Under the pieces are notes generated by a model. That model was not told where the DNA came from. It saw only the letters and a program-made list of their open reading frames with translations, and ran no database searches. A program made the position numbers and the translations under genes. A stretch of 63,069 bases of DNA, counting the filler, from Intoshia linei (lineage: Eukaryota; Animalia; Orthonectida): assembly GCA_001642005.1 (NCBI GenBank). It is 5 parts of 5 records of this genome, joined end to end, with 100 filler letters (N's around TTAATTAATTAA, not from the genome) between each part and the next. Parts side by side here need not be neighbours in the genome. Positions count along the whole stretch, not along the records: positions 1 to 31,050 come from LWCA01000344.1; 4 more parts are not named here. One strand, written 5' to 3'. Below are positions 1 to 12,907 of this stretch, one piece after another; within the stretch, counting starts at the first letter, position 1; each line of letters begins with the position of its first letter.

Positions 1-137
1 AGGTATTTTTTACGTTTTTATACTTACAATCCTTTTTTACAGAAAACTTACCATACCAATAACTTTACTTTGTACATACTATACCTTTACATTTAATTAT
101 TGCTTTACTGGCCTTTTATTGCACTTCGTTCTTCAGA

Positions 138-374
138 ATGGCGACTAGGAGAAGTTCCTCCATTGTCAAAATTCTTCATAGCGGTCATACCTTCTCAAGC
201 AATCCATCATTCGGTAGACAGAAGCTCCCAACCAAAACTAATGTCATTGAACGAGCATTACATCATAAAGAATACTGGACCGATGAAGTAGCTAGAATTA
301 TAGCGCAGGAACTAGTGGATGTCTGGATTTGGTGCAATGTGTACCCTCTTCACCCGCATGCAAACATGCAATGA
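138..374 (+). pseudogene. Probable N-terminal fragment of a DNA-transposon protein
   Basis: The ORF reads LPTKTNVIERAL...VARIIAQELVDVWIWCNVYP, a pattern I associate with N-termini of invertebrate transposon-derived proteins. It has no continuation. Confidence 0.3.
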
Positions 375-1633
375 AACTTGAAAAATTTTTTCAAAAAAAT
401 TTACCAGACAAAATTGAAGACATCTGGCAAATAATTGATCATATAACTTATGAAAAAAGTAAAAGAAAATTAAAAATGACCGATTTCATTACGTACAAAC
501 AAAGAATTTAGATAATTCAATGTAATACAAAATTTAATTGTATATTAATAAATTATTAACTCATATTAAATTTATATCATAAAATAAATTTCTAACATTT
601 TAAATTAAATTTAAATGACGATTTTTTCCAAAGATTATCATAACATCTTGTTTATATTAGTTTCTAATTTGGTCGGTGTCAAAAACTGGTACACAGCTGT
701 TCATATTGACCAGGTTTAACTGTATATTATCCTTTAGTTATATAAAATTGAATGTCGATGTGCGCGTTACCGTTTATTTAAAAAATTGCTAGTCGTAGAA
801 TTTAAAAAACCCAATTTTTAGTACAGTTTTTCCCAGAACGTGTTTATATCTATTTTTCAGTTTAAGAATTTTATCCCTTCAAAGTTAAAAACCCAATGTC
901 TCATTTTGTTTAAAAATAAAATCAGCCCAAAAATTTAATAAAACATATATTCTGATATAACACTAGCTAACATAAAAATAAACCATAGTATATTTAAACA
1001 CAAATCTTATACGGACAAAAATTTTCAATCCTTTGCAAAAATATCAAATTTTAAAACAAAATCTAGATAAAAAATGTGTATAAATAAAAAAAATGAACTT
1101 AAATGAATAATTAAAATCAGAAAATGTTTTAAACAGTAAGAAAATGGTTGGCATTTCTATTAACTGTCTTTTGAATTTAATTTCAAAACAAAATATTAAA
1201 ACATTGTCAACTCATTAATTAATTGAATAAATTGAATTCATTTTGTGAGTGTCAATGACAAAAGTTGAAATAATGAACTATAAAATCAAAAAAAACGAAA
1301 AAAATAATAATATCTAATTCAATAATTAACTATTGATAACTTACATGATATAATCGATTATTTACGGTCAATTAAAACTATAAATACATTGCATTCAAAT
1401 ACAATTACAAATTTGTCAATAATGTTACATGATTCATGTTGCTAGTAGCAACTAGCTACATAAAAAACAATACATCTATAAATATCAATAATGAAATAAT
1501 TTTATTAATCTCAATACAATACATTTTCAATTATTCTCCATAGATATCAGATAAACCTAATCATATATTGCATTATAAATATCTTGGTTGCACATTTCGA
1601 TGAAAAAACTAATAAATTAAATTTAAAAGAATT

Positions 1634-4600
1634 ATGGATATTTCACAAGATTTAAAAGACAGTGTAATAAATATAGAACAGGTTATTTTTATTTACATGT
1701 TAGTAATTTTGAGACTGATGATATTTTAGGCAGCAAATTATTTAAATAATCATATTAGCAATAGACCAAATAAAAAAATATTGATAGATAATAATATACT
1801 CGATGGTATTTTTTGAATTGAATTGAATTATGTAGGTTTAGATGAGAAATGTGCACCGATATTGAAAAATACTGGAAGATTTTTGAAGAGGGTAGGAATT
1901 GCAAACAAGTTAAATAGTAGCATTTCATCTAGGCCTGGACCTCTTGAATTGATTGAGAGTGATATTTTACAATACGATGATTCATTGTCATATGCGTTGA
2001 AGGGTAATTTTTTATTTTTTAGTATACAACTGATTCCATTGGGTTGAGAATATATATCAGTGTGTCTCAAAAAATTTTATGTGTGCCCAGCGCAAAATTA
2101 AAACAGGATTAATTACATGAAATTTTTTTAACCGATCCAACTTTTTTTCTCATTTTGCAGCTTTTTACATTTTTAATTGCAAAATATGATAATTATAATA
2201 TAGTAAAGATGATCAGTAAGCACCCAACAAATATATATTTTTACTTTATTGTTATTTGCCGATGCACCAAAATCTTTTATTTGTTAAAGTACACCCAACG
2301 GAAAAAAGTTTTCGATATGCTGATATATACTATATAATCTATAGAGGTAGTAAAACTACATTATATAAATCAACTAATTTTGATTCTTACCCAGTGATAC
2401 CACTCGATAATATCGACTCGTTACGGTTATTTTGTAATTATTTCTTAGTTTTTAAGTTGATATTTTTGTCGCCATCATAGATATGTAATTTTAAGTTACT
2501 TGAAGTAACCTAATATTAACTTGCGACTAAATATATCACATTCCCACACATTTATCGTTACATTTTTTTTAATTCAAGGTTGTCATTTACATTAAATAAT
2601 TTGCATGGCTCACTGGAGACTTAACACTTTTGGATAGAGTAATGATACCTTATTGGTAAAAATATTTTTAATAATTGGGGAATGATGTGGAAAACTAGGC
2701 ACAGTCCTATAAGATATTTAATTGTAATTTCATTTTTAGTCTTTTATTTTGAATATATTGGCATATATTTCGTATATTAAGGTTAATCAAATAGCGCTGG
2801 ATAGAATTAACATTTCAGATAAATTAATCTTTTTATTTTGTTTCTTAATTTAGTGATATTATTACTCCTTTGATAGGGTCCTAAGGAGTCCTTTTGGGTA
2901 TTTTAGATGGATAGTCAGTACATACATTATTTTTTCAATTTATTTGTTGAATTCTAGAGATTTTTTTTTAATTTTTTTTGTAATGTCATAACTAATTTAC
3001 AGTTATAAACTGTATATTTGCAGTTACATTTGTATTTTATAATCATGTCGCGGTCGCGTTCACTATTACTAAATTTGTAACGATATAGATACCTATTTTA
3101 AAAACTTTGAAAATCTTAATTATATATTGGAACAGATGCAATTTCGTTACTACATGGCATTTTAGTATGCTTAATTTTAAAAGTTGTATAAACACACTGT
3201 ACTTAGTTTTCGTATTGTAAAGACACAATTTTAGGGATCTCATAATTATTAATTAGAGATGCATTGTTGTATATCAGGGGTCGGCAACCTTTTGCATGTT
3301 GTGAACCACTTTTATATATCAAAAAATTATATGGGTCTCGTTTTCGAAAATTTACACGAAAATTACGAAGATTTTTGAAATTGGTAATATCAAAGCAGGA
3401 TTAATTTTGATAAATTTGTTATTCACATTTAATTAATGTAACAATAAATATTCTAATTCTAATTAAAATTTGAATCCTAGTATTAGTTTACAGTTATATA
3501 TTGATGAACATAAATTTAACCCTTTCACTGTCTGATGCAATTTTATGTACTATCACCACATGTCTGGAATGTATGTTTTAATTTAAATTTGTATTATTTT
3601 TAAATTACATATGTGAAAATGTATGAAAATAAAAGAATAAAGTTTTTCAAAATTGTGCTGTGTATATCATAGAATACACAGACGTGTGAAGTGAAATTGC
3701 TGTGTATAGTATAGAACAGGCATTCTCAACCCTTTTTCGGTGTGAACCCCTAAGATGATATTACAAAAAACCTATGGATCCCTAAAAAATTAATAATAAT
3801 AACAATTTTTAATGAATCATTACATTTGGGTGAAACGAATGATGGTCAAAAGACATGGAGTACTCTATTTTTGCTAGATGATAAACTTTATGAACTATTA
3901 ATATTCACCTTTAACCCGTCAATGTTCCCAAAATAGAACATGTTTTTCAGGTATTGTTTACTACATATTTTATCAGATAAATAAAAAGTCTATATTATTT
4001 ATCTTTCCTGTGAAAATTAATATTTTATATCTCTTGGTTGATGTTTTATAGAATCATGAATATTGACTGATTTTTTGTCCCATTTTCAATTTGAAATTTA
4101 AAGCTTTTTTTATGACTAGAAACTTGGCTCGCTCATAAATTTTAATAAAATAATTAAATAAAACCGCTGCTCCTAAAAATAGAACAATAAAACAAGAATT
4201 TATTTTTACATGATTTGCACGTTTTATATTAGTATTTCTGAGCCTTTATGTTACTGAAAATGTCTATAATATGTAATAATTGTATATACTCTTTATGGAC
4301 CCTAAAAAAGTGCTGTGGAACCTGTTGAGAATGGCTGGTATAGAATAAACAGACAGTGAAAGGGTTAAAAATAAATAATTTACTAAAATAATTAAAGGGC
4401 TACCAAAAGTATTTTATGGATCACTGGTTCCGACCCCTGTTGTATATAATTATTTCTAGTTTAATTTTTTTTAATTTCCTCAATAAAATTTTTTAAATAA
4501 TTCTATTCAAAACTAATTAAGGGAACTAAAAGATATCAATGATTAAAAAAAATAGGGCTGTTTTCATTTTTTTAAAAAAAGGGTAATCTGAGATTTTTAT

Positions 4601-7042
4601 CGTGAAAATGCACTTTTTTGAGGTTAACATATATGATAATGCTTAGTTTTAAAAATTATCCCAAAATTTATGTTGTATAAAATTCTAAGATTTTTTTAAT
4701 TTTTACACAAAAGGTAATTTGTGGTTTTGACCGTGAAGATCTAAGATTTTGAAATTGAAAATTATCATAATGTTTATGAATTGAAAATCAGATTGTGTAT
4801 TTTTTATAATTCTAGGACGGGTTTGAATTTAAAAAAAAAAGGACGATTGGGGTTTTTGACCTTGATGAATTTTTGAAAATGGCATTTTCGATAAAACAAT
4901 TTATCTTTTACTTTTAAAAAAATGTAATAGAAATATGCAATTTTAAAACTCGACTCCTCTTGCTTTTTTAAATAAACTGGAACAGACAGACATACATTTT
5001 TGACTAAATTGCTTTATATAAATAAGGATCTTCACTGTTTTGTATTTTGTATAAACAATAGCTAGATCTACAGTGACCCGCCCTTTTCGAACCTAGTTTA
5101 AAATTTTTTTAAATTGAACATTTAAATGTTGTATTTTTAAAATACGACGATTATAATTATTGTATAATCACGTTTTTTAAACGATACAATGAATAAATGG
5201 AAGCCTTTTTTATGAGGCATACACATTTTATAATCCAAATAAATATTTATAATTATAGATGGACAAATATCTTATCAAAGAGCACATGAAGATGACATTG
5301 AAATGCTATTTGCTATTAAAGGTCAAAGTTTACTTTACGACAATGAAAAGGCTTCAGAAACTAGTTTTGTTAGATTGTTAAATTTTTGGAACCACTCAAA
5401 GAAGGTTGATGCAGACTCTTTAAAATTACTCAATGAAAATTTGGAATTATCCAATTTTAATAAAATCTCTGCAAATTCAACTGATAAAAAAAAATTTTTT
5501 ACCGTGAAGGATAATTATACTGCAAAAACACCACAATGTGTAAATAAAGAACCTTCTAGTTTTAAAATTGAAAAATCTAGCCCGGTTTGGCGTTCTAAAT
5601 GTAAAAATTCTAATACACCAATAAAATTGTCCAGCTTAAAACCAGCTTCAGCTAAACCACTAAAAATATTAAAATTTCATCATTATACGACAGACACTGA
5701 ACGACCTAGGCGCTTTTCCACAAAAACTATGCACATAAAAAATTTAGATCATTACAGTTTATTACTCAAACAACAGGATTTATTTCTTAGGTGGCAATCT
5801 GACTGTAAAAATCAAATTAAATCAGCTGAAAAGGGTATAAAAAAGACAAATTCACATAATAATAGAAAATTAATTAATCCTCCAGTGAAACTTTTTAAAT
5901 ACCCGTGCAAAAAGAAAAAGTGTCTAACTTATCTCAATATTAAACAATTGAGGTCTGAAGCCAGCAAAAGAGGTTTAAAGGTGTATGGGCCAAAGGCGTC
6001 ATTGGTGGAAAGATTGCAAAGTTATAAGGAGGAAATTTTAAATGAAATGTCAAATTGTAAGTGTTCTACGTGTTTAAAAATTTATCAACCCGATTTTAAT
6101 ATGGATTGTGATTCGATTGATAAAATGATGACTTCTCCAATTTCGCAGGATATTTCATTTGTAGATTCAAATCCTTTATTAGAAAATGAAACTAGCCAAG
6201 AGTACTACCCTTGTAATGATGCAGCAAATCAAATAGCAACTAATAATTTCGAGTACATGTTTTCACCTCAATACAATACGCTTGAAAATGATTGTATAAA
6301 TACCTTTTCGCCTAGTCTTGCAAATTCCAATTATGTTAATGATTGTGTTATGTTTGATAATTCTAATAGTGGAAAATTTAAAAATTCCTATGCTGCTTCT
6401 TATAGTCCAGATAGCTACACTAATACATCTTCTAATATTCAAATAAATCAAAATGTTAGACATTTCGATAATGTTAATGATTCTTCTCTTAATCAGGATT
6501 TGTACAATTTATCGGACGAGGAAATGAAATTTAGTGATTACAAGTATTTTACCCCAGAAAATACTAAAAACTCAAATTCACAACCTAATCAATTTTATTG
6601 TGATGATAATTACAGGTAATTACTTTATTTAACCTTTTTTGTGTATTTTCATGTTGGAAAATTTCTGAAATTTCGTTTATAACCTTTTTGTGTTTCTTAA
6701 ACTTATAAGTTACTATTGTCTCGTGAATGTTATTTGAATAGTTTTTTTTTAATTTGATACTTTAACCACCCCTTGTAAATGAATTTGTGTTTTTTTGGTT
6801 GGATGATTATTTAGTTTTATATTCTTTGGTTGAAAAAAATGACCTAAAAGACTGAATATATACCTCTTTTTATTGGTACATGTATTATATTTGGAAAATT
6901 TTCATTTCTTATGTTATATAGATAATTTTAATTAATACTCAACTTTATGAAATATTTTAGCAATGAAAATTTGACAGAAAAACAAAAATTTATCAATGAT
7001 TTTTTTGCAGAAATTCCAGATTATGGGAAGAATAGCCTATAG
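1634..7042 (+). CDS. MRTF: Myocardin-related transcription factor (MRTF/MKL family)
   Basis: Exons 1634-1681, 1730-1805, 1836-2003, 5259-6615 and 6961-7042 join in frame via GT-AG introns. Two RPEL repeats (YLNNHISNRPNKKILIDNNIL; KLNSSISSRPGPLELIESDIL), post-RPEL ALKDGQISY, basic region KPLKILKFHHY, Q-rich YSLLLKQQDLFLRWQ, SAP domain LNIKQLRSEASKRGLKVYGPKASLVERL. The last exon is less certain. Confidence 0.92.
3520..4364. mobile_element. piggyBac-type MITE
   Basis: 15-bp perfect TIR CCCTTTCACTGTCTG / CAGACAGTGAAAGGG, flanked by TTAA on both sides. Confidence 0.9.
3717..4337. mobile_element. hAT-type MITE (innermost element)
   Basis: TIRs CAGGCATTCTCAAC / GTTGAGAATGGCTG, 8-bp TSD GTATAGAA at 3709-3716 and 4338-4345. 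A related copy lies at about 23950-24490 in an eIF6 intron. Confidence 0.88.
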
Positions 7043-7743
7043 AAAAGATTTATTGAACCTCACCTTTATTTTATAGTAAATTTTATTAATTAATCGTGTT
7101 AAGAAATATTTAAAAAAAAATTAAATACATTCGCATTATTTTATAATTTTGGTATCGACAGATTAAAATTTTCGCGTATAATTAGTATTATGATAATATT
7201 CAAAAATAATACATGATGATTATTTGAATCTTTTTCGATGAATACATTATATCAGTTAATTATTCACTGAATTGTAACGGATATTATATATCAGATACAG
7301 TATAATGAAAACACGTGTAATTCAAATATAATGAATTAATAATACATTGGAAAGTGTGTTCAATTATAATTATACACTTTAAAAAAAGAGTTGAACAGAT
7401 TTGATTTGATGAAAAAATTGGACAGAACAGATTATAATATATTAGATGAGTGATTGCTGCGAATAACAGGATTTAAATTTAATATCTAGGGAATTGAATC
7501 AAAATATCCCCAAAATGGGTGTATATGATGAGAATGTCAATCTGACATGAAGAAAATTAGTCACTCCATTAAAGCACAGTGTTAAATTAACTGAGACATT
7601 GTTAAAAGGCGTCAATTAATATAAATTCGCCTTTAATTATTTTTTAAATATTCTCCATGTGATATATCATGTTGGACTGTTAGTGTCAATTGTCTATCTC
7701 ATCGTAATGTTTATTATATATAACTGATCGGTGGCCATATGGT

Positions 7744-8064
7744 TTATATTTTTGATTTTTTTGTAACTATTCCTGGAGCAAAATGCAATATTTTCTCTTT
7801 CAAATCCATTTGTCGTCGCACTTTATCATAATCGCTGAAATCGTCTTGTTCCATTTGAATATCATCCAATTTGCAATTGTATAAATTCAATCTACTTGAT
7901 TTTTGTAACCATTTGAATGAACTATTGTCGTTTGGATTAAAATTTGTTATCATTTGTTCCAATTTGTTTAGTTTTCTTTCCTTGTTTGAATTTATTTCTT
8001 TATGTATTTGTTTCATTGTTTCAAATGTATAATTTTTTAAAATCACATTTTCACTTGTTGCCAT
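7744..8064 (-). CDS. Hypothetical 106-aa protein
   Basis: Uninterrupted ATG-initiated ORF with charged, helical-looking composition, convergent with MRTF. No motif recognised. Confidence 0.5.
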   Translation of the reverse strand: MATSENVILKNYTFETMKQIHKEINSNKERKLNKLEQMITNFNPNDNSSFKWLQKSSRLNLYNCKLDDIQMEQDDFSDYDKVRRQMDLKEKILHFAPGIVTKKSKI

Positions 8065-8165
8065 TTCAATATCTCGTTTATTTTTTATTATCTCTAAAAA
8101 TTCGTCAAACCAATAATTTTCTATGTCAATTTCTTTTTTTACTAAATTTTATTATGTTAATATAA

Positions 8166-9327
8166 TCCTTACTTATATAATATGATATGTAATGTTTGTG
8201 TGTGTGAGTGTTACATTATTTCATTTTATTTCAGTAACTACCATCTTAGAATTTTATAAAATCCACATTTCAATTACAGTTTTTTCTGGGTGTTAGCAAA
8301 ATAAATTTCAATTTCCCAAACTCACATCTTACGCGTCAAAAACCCCAATTGTCCTTTTTTTGAAATCAAACAAGTTGGAGAATTTAAAAAATTTACGGAT
8401 GGTACAGTTGTATCCTGTTAACATACAAAAAATTTTAATCTGAATAAGTGACGCCTACACGGTCAAAAAAGCATTTTAGTATTCATATATTTTTTTCCCA
8501 AATATTTTATTAAAACAAAAAACGTGAAATAATTAACTGTCCAAAAATTAAAAAAAAAAAGATTATTCTGATATGGCTTATTCTAGTTAATTAAAATTTA
8601 AACCCCAGAAATCTACTCATTCCCGGTGAAAAATAATTTTTAATATATTTTCAACCATTATTTTTCAAATACATTTCGATTAAAATAAAAATTGAAAATG
8701 TAAATATTGATCCTACAATTTCAAAATAAAGTGCAATTTGTATGTCTACACATTTTCAATACAGAAATATGGGTGAAAATCTATATAATTCATTACTTCG
8801 GGCTTTTTTTCATTGCTATGGAATTTTTAATTCTCATTTCCAAAACATTTTGTTTAAAATTTAAATTAAAACTACTAAAAGTAATACAACTTTGTTATTA
8901 TCATTTTTATAGTTATTACAATCCTTTGCCATATTGGTAAAATATGCTGATTCTGTTAATTATTGATACATAATTAATATTTTTAAGTATTTATTAAATT
9001 GGTACTGAATATATATTATCACATTGAAAATGACAAAATAGGTTTATATAATATTATTTTTTCTGGAATTTATGCTATTTATGACAATTTTTAGGATTTT
9101 ACTGTTTTTACTTTATTTTTAATATTTCACACATTCTGTCTAATAAATTAAAAAAATGGGATAACAATTTTTTATGATTTGAAAGGAGTACTTTAAAGGA
9201 TTGATAATAGTGAATAGTAGGATTTTTAAGTTAGATTTTCAACGGGGATTGATAATAGTGAATAGTAGAATTTTTAAGTTAGATTTTCAACGTGAATTTG
9301 GTGCTAGGTACATAACAGTCAACCTAG
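8166..9327 (+). mobile_element. Non-autonomous Helitron-like element, near-complete copy
   Basis: Starts A|TCCTTACTTATATAAT and ends GTCAACCTAG|T, with no TSD or TIR. Colinear with 48240-49469. Internal tandem duplication at about 9198-9291. Confidence 0.8.
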
Positions 9328-10879
9328 TAATGTATATTTAATGACGTATCGTTTGAATCAGTTTTTTAAAAATGAATTGCGAAAAAGTCAATAATAAAAT
9401 TTGGAAAAGTAAAAAAAGTATGTAAAATTATACATCTTATACAAAGATAAATAATATTTTATACGTTATTGAAAGAAAATTGAAAAAAATGGTGGCGACC
9501 AAAAAAAGTTAGAAAAACGCTAATTTTAATATTTTAATAATATATATTCAAGTTTCAGTTTTATAAAATACTAATATTCAGGTATTGTTTACTTTATTAT
9601 AATATATAATGCTGTATTTGTTATTTATATAATTTAATTTATAACGGAAAGTGAAAATAACATTTTATTATTTTGGGAAATATTAACAATAACATAATGT
9701 TATAATCCTTATTAATGTGATAAACATTGCCTAAAGCGGATATTTTATTTTTATTTAAAGCAATTCTTAATAAATATTCAATTTTTACTATTGTTTAATT
9801 GTTAATTTAAAATTTTAATCTGAATTATAAATATCTACTAATTTTCAGCAATATTAATTTACTAATTTCTAGTATAAATCAGTTAATTTGTTATACTACT
9901 CTATAATTTTTGTATGCGGTTCGTTTGAAAAGTTTTGTTTTAGATTCAATTCAATTATAATTGTATGAAAAACTATTCTAATTTAGCAAAAAATTTAATC
10001 CATACTCAAAATAAATGTTCATTTGGCCATTTAAAATTAGAGGCGACTACAGTCAGATTTAATTAGTTAAGCATCAAAATGGAAATATTATTATAAACCA
10101 GTTAAAATAAAAATTTATACATACGTTTTCCAAATCTAAAGGATAAAATAGGACTTACAAATCTCGGTTAATAATGTAGAAGCAGAACCAACCAATATTA
10201 CCATATAAACACATTTCATAATATTTACAGTAGTTAATTATTTCAAAGTTTTTATGCTAATAAAATAGTTGCCAAATAAAAGAAAATTAATAAAAAAGTG
10301 CTTTTTTGACCGTGAATCACTTTGTGAGCTTAAAATTTTAGTGTGTGTAACTGAAGGTAAATGTACAAGCTGTAATGTTTTTTTAAATTCTAGAACAATT
10401 ATTATTTTGAAAAAAAGGTTAATCTGGGCTTTTTGTAGTGAAAATACATTTTTTTGAGGTTGTGATTTATGATAATGCTGATTATTTTAAAAACTATCCA
10501 TAGTAGATTCTGAACCACGACCGGACAGAATTTCGTTAAAATTAGCCCTGAAAAAATGTATAGGAGTCACAAGAAAAGGGAACTTTTCTCGAAAATTCAT
10601 ATTAAATAGGTATATCAAGTTTTTATGACATTTGATATGGTTTAATAATTCATAACTCAAATTTAAAATAATTAAAAATTTAGGGGTGCAACGGCACCTT
10701 CTGTACCCCTTGAATCCGCCCTGCCCTGATAAATTTCGCGACCCACCGGTTGAAAACTACTGGGCTAATTCCTTGACGCAATAATTTTTAAAATAATAAT
10801 ATGTACTATTATTATAATATATCTCTTGTTTACTTTTATACATATTTTTGTATAAGACTTTTTAATATCTATTACAGAG

Positions 10880-11400
10880 TTTTTAGATGTTAATTATCCC
10901 AAAGCCTAGACGACTGCTATATTATTATTTCAAAAATCTCACATTTATCCCATCATTAATAAAATTTAATAAAAAATACCATTTCAAGCCCTCAGGGAAA
11001 AATTGACTTTTACCGATATTTTTTTGAAAAAGCAGATTTTACGAAACATTATGAAATAAATCCACTTGATCAAACCACAAAATAAAAAATTCAATTTTAC
11101 CAACCCTTAAGCGAAAAATACCCTTTTTCCAATAGTTTTTTGAAAAACTTCTTATTCCAACTTCAATATTAACAAAACTTAAGGAAAATGTCATCTTTTT
11201 CCAATATTATTTTAAAAAATCTGATATTACTAAATCCTAAGCTTATGATCAACAACTTCCTAATCAAAAACCTAAAATAAAAAATAAAATTTTACCAACC
11301 TTCAATAAAAAAATCCTCTTTTTCCAATATTTTTTTAAAAAACACGATATTACTAAATCCTATGACGAAAAACCTTCATTTTTTCATCAATGTTTTATAT
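10880..11400. repeat. Dispersed repeat with internal degenerate tandem units
   Basis: Recurrent TTTTACCAACC / TTTTTCCAATA / AAATCCTA units. An inverted homologous copy lies at about 47860-48200 (AAAGCCTAGAC vs GTCTAGGCTTT). Confidence 0.6.
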
Positions 11401-11821
11401 TTCATGTTTCCCTTAAGGTCCACAAAAATAAATATTTTGAAATGGGGCCGTACACTATTTGAACCAGGAACAACTGCATTACAACAATAAAAATATTTTT
11501 ATTCTACTTAACCTATATTTGCAGGTCATTTCATTTCATATAATTAATAAACAATCATTATTATCATCATTAATCAAGAAAAAAATAAAGTATATTAAGT
11601 ATATAAAGCTTTTAATTTGAACCGAAAAAGCTTTAGTATAATTATGATGCTAGTCATTTTAAGTTAAAATTTAACGGAATTTTTTTCCATTAATCGGTAA
11701 CTTAACGAGGAATTCCGTAAATTAAGAATTAGCCTGTAATTTACTATTTTACTGAAACCACTTTGGGGACCACCAAAATTTTCTGTAGACCTTTATTACC
11801 CCATCTGAGCCATGTTGCGAA

Positions 11822-12907
11822 TCACCGGTATGTATCATAAAATCTTGATATTGACATTATACAATGTACGTTCATTATGAACATAAATTTAATGTAAATA
11901 AATAATGAATTAAAAAAACCGTCTTTTTTAGGTAAATTCACGTTAGCCAGAAAAGTTCGATCATCCAAAGGATGAAATTTAAGTATATTATTATGCCTGT
12001 ATTCATTATAATAATCTGGATAATTTTCATCATTTTTGTGTTGCATAAGATTTAAAAAAGCGTCAGTGTATCTTGAAAGTTTATAAGAATTTCCAAACCC
12101 AAAAGCACCAAAGGTAAAACAAGTATCAATAAAACAAGTCGAAAACAATTGTCCAGAATTTGAAAGTAATTGCAATTGTATTTTTTGAGTAGGATGTTTG
12201 AATAACTTGGAAACTGGTATCGAATTTTGAGCATGAATTTCTAACCACCCATCTTTGTGTAAAGTTGCAATTTCTACAATAAAATCGGTAGAAAACTTTG
12301 ATTCTGATTCCAAGCTTGTTAAAGGTAAAAATTTATTAATATCAGAATTTTCTGTTTCCATTTTGTTATTAATTTGATTGTTCTGACTATTAATATCATT
12401 TGATTCACAATTTTCACTGAAACGGTTAATATTTCCATTGTATTTGGTCACATTTATGGGCCTTGCACAAGTTCTATTCTTGTCTAAAAATGGAGTAATG
12501 TCATTAAAACTAAAACTCTTGATATCGTTACACTTGACAAATTTAATGCTTCTTTTGACATTATCGTACAATGTACTATATTTAGCTTGTCCATTAAAAG
12601 TGAATATCAACAAAAAATTTGAACAAATTGAATTTTTTGACTCGTCCGAGACGGTTGAAATGTAATCATGAAATTTATTCTTCATTTTTTCTAAAAAGCC
12701 TGTATATGGTTTATTTGTCTTAATTTCAATTTTTTTTTTCCTTTCTATCATATCTAAAATGTGACATTTTCCTAAACTGTATTGATTATTTTGTGCATCG
12801 TTCATTTGTTTTTCTTGGAAAAAATTAATTTGTTTTAAATGAAATGTCATTAAAACCCATGTATTTTTCATGCAATTCCAGTCTTCTCTTGATGGTAAAC
12901 TATTCAT
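11822..12907 (-). CDS. Hypothetical protein, about 360 aa
   Basis: A long ORF is unlikely by chance at this AT content. A GT-AG intron after KKD may give the alternative C-terminus DFMIHTGDSQHGSDGVIKVYRKFWWSPKWFQ, ending near 11750. No family recognised. Confidence 0.75.
   Translation of the reverse strand: MNSLPSREDWNCMKNTWVLMTFHLKQINFFQEKQMNDAQNNQYSLGKCHILDMIERKKKIEIKTNKPYTGFLEKMKNKFHDYISTVSDESKNSICSNFLLIFTFNGQAKYSTLYDNVKRSIKFVKCNDIKSFSFNDITPFLDKNRTCARPINVTKYNGNINRFSENCESNDINSQNNQINNKMETENSDINKFLPLTSLESESKFSTDFIVEIATLHKDGWLEIHAQNSIPVSKLFKHPTQKIQLQLLSNSGQLFSTCFIDTCFTFGAFGFGNSYKLSRYTDAFLNLMQHKNDENYPDYYNEYRHNNILKFHPLDDRTFLANVNLPKKDGFFNSLFIYIKFMFIMNVHCIMSISRFYDTYR

Larger units (their letters stand above)
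3275..4439. mobile_element. hAT-type MITE (outer element of a nested stack)
   Basis: TIRs CAGGGGTCGGCAACC / GGTTCCGACCCCTG. Perfect 8-bp TSD TTGTATAT at 3267-3274 and 4440-4447. Related ends occur near 54540 and 62007. Confidence 0.9.

Noticed and set aside
8707-8940. Short ORFs at 8707, 10269, 32754, 37148 and 48960
   Set aside because: All lie inside copies of the Helitron-like repeat, and their frames are not conserved across copies.
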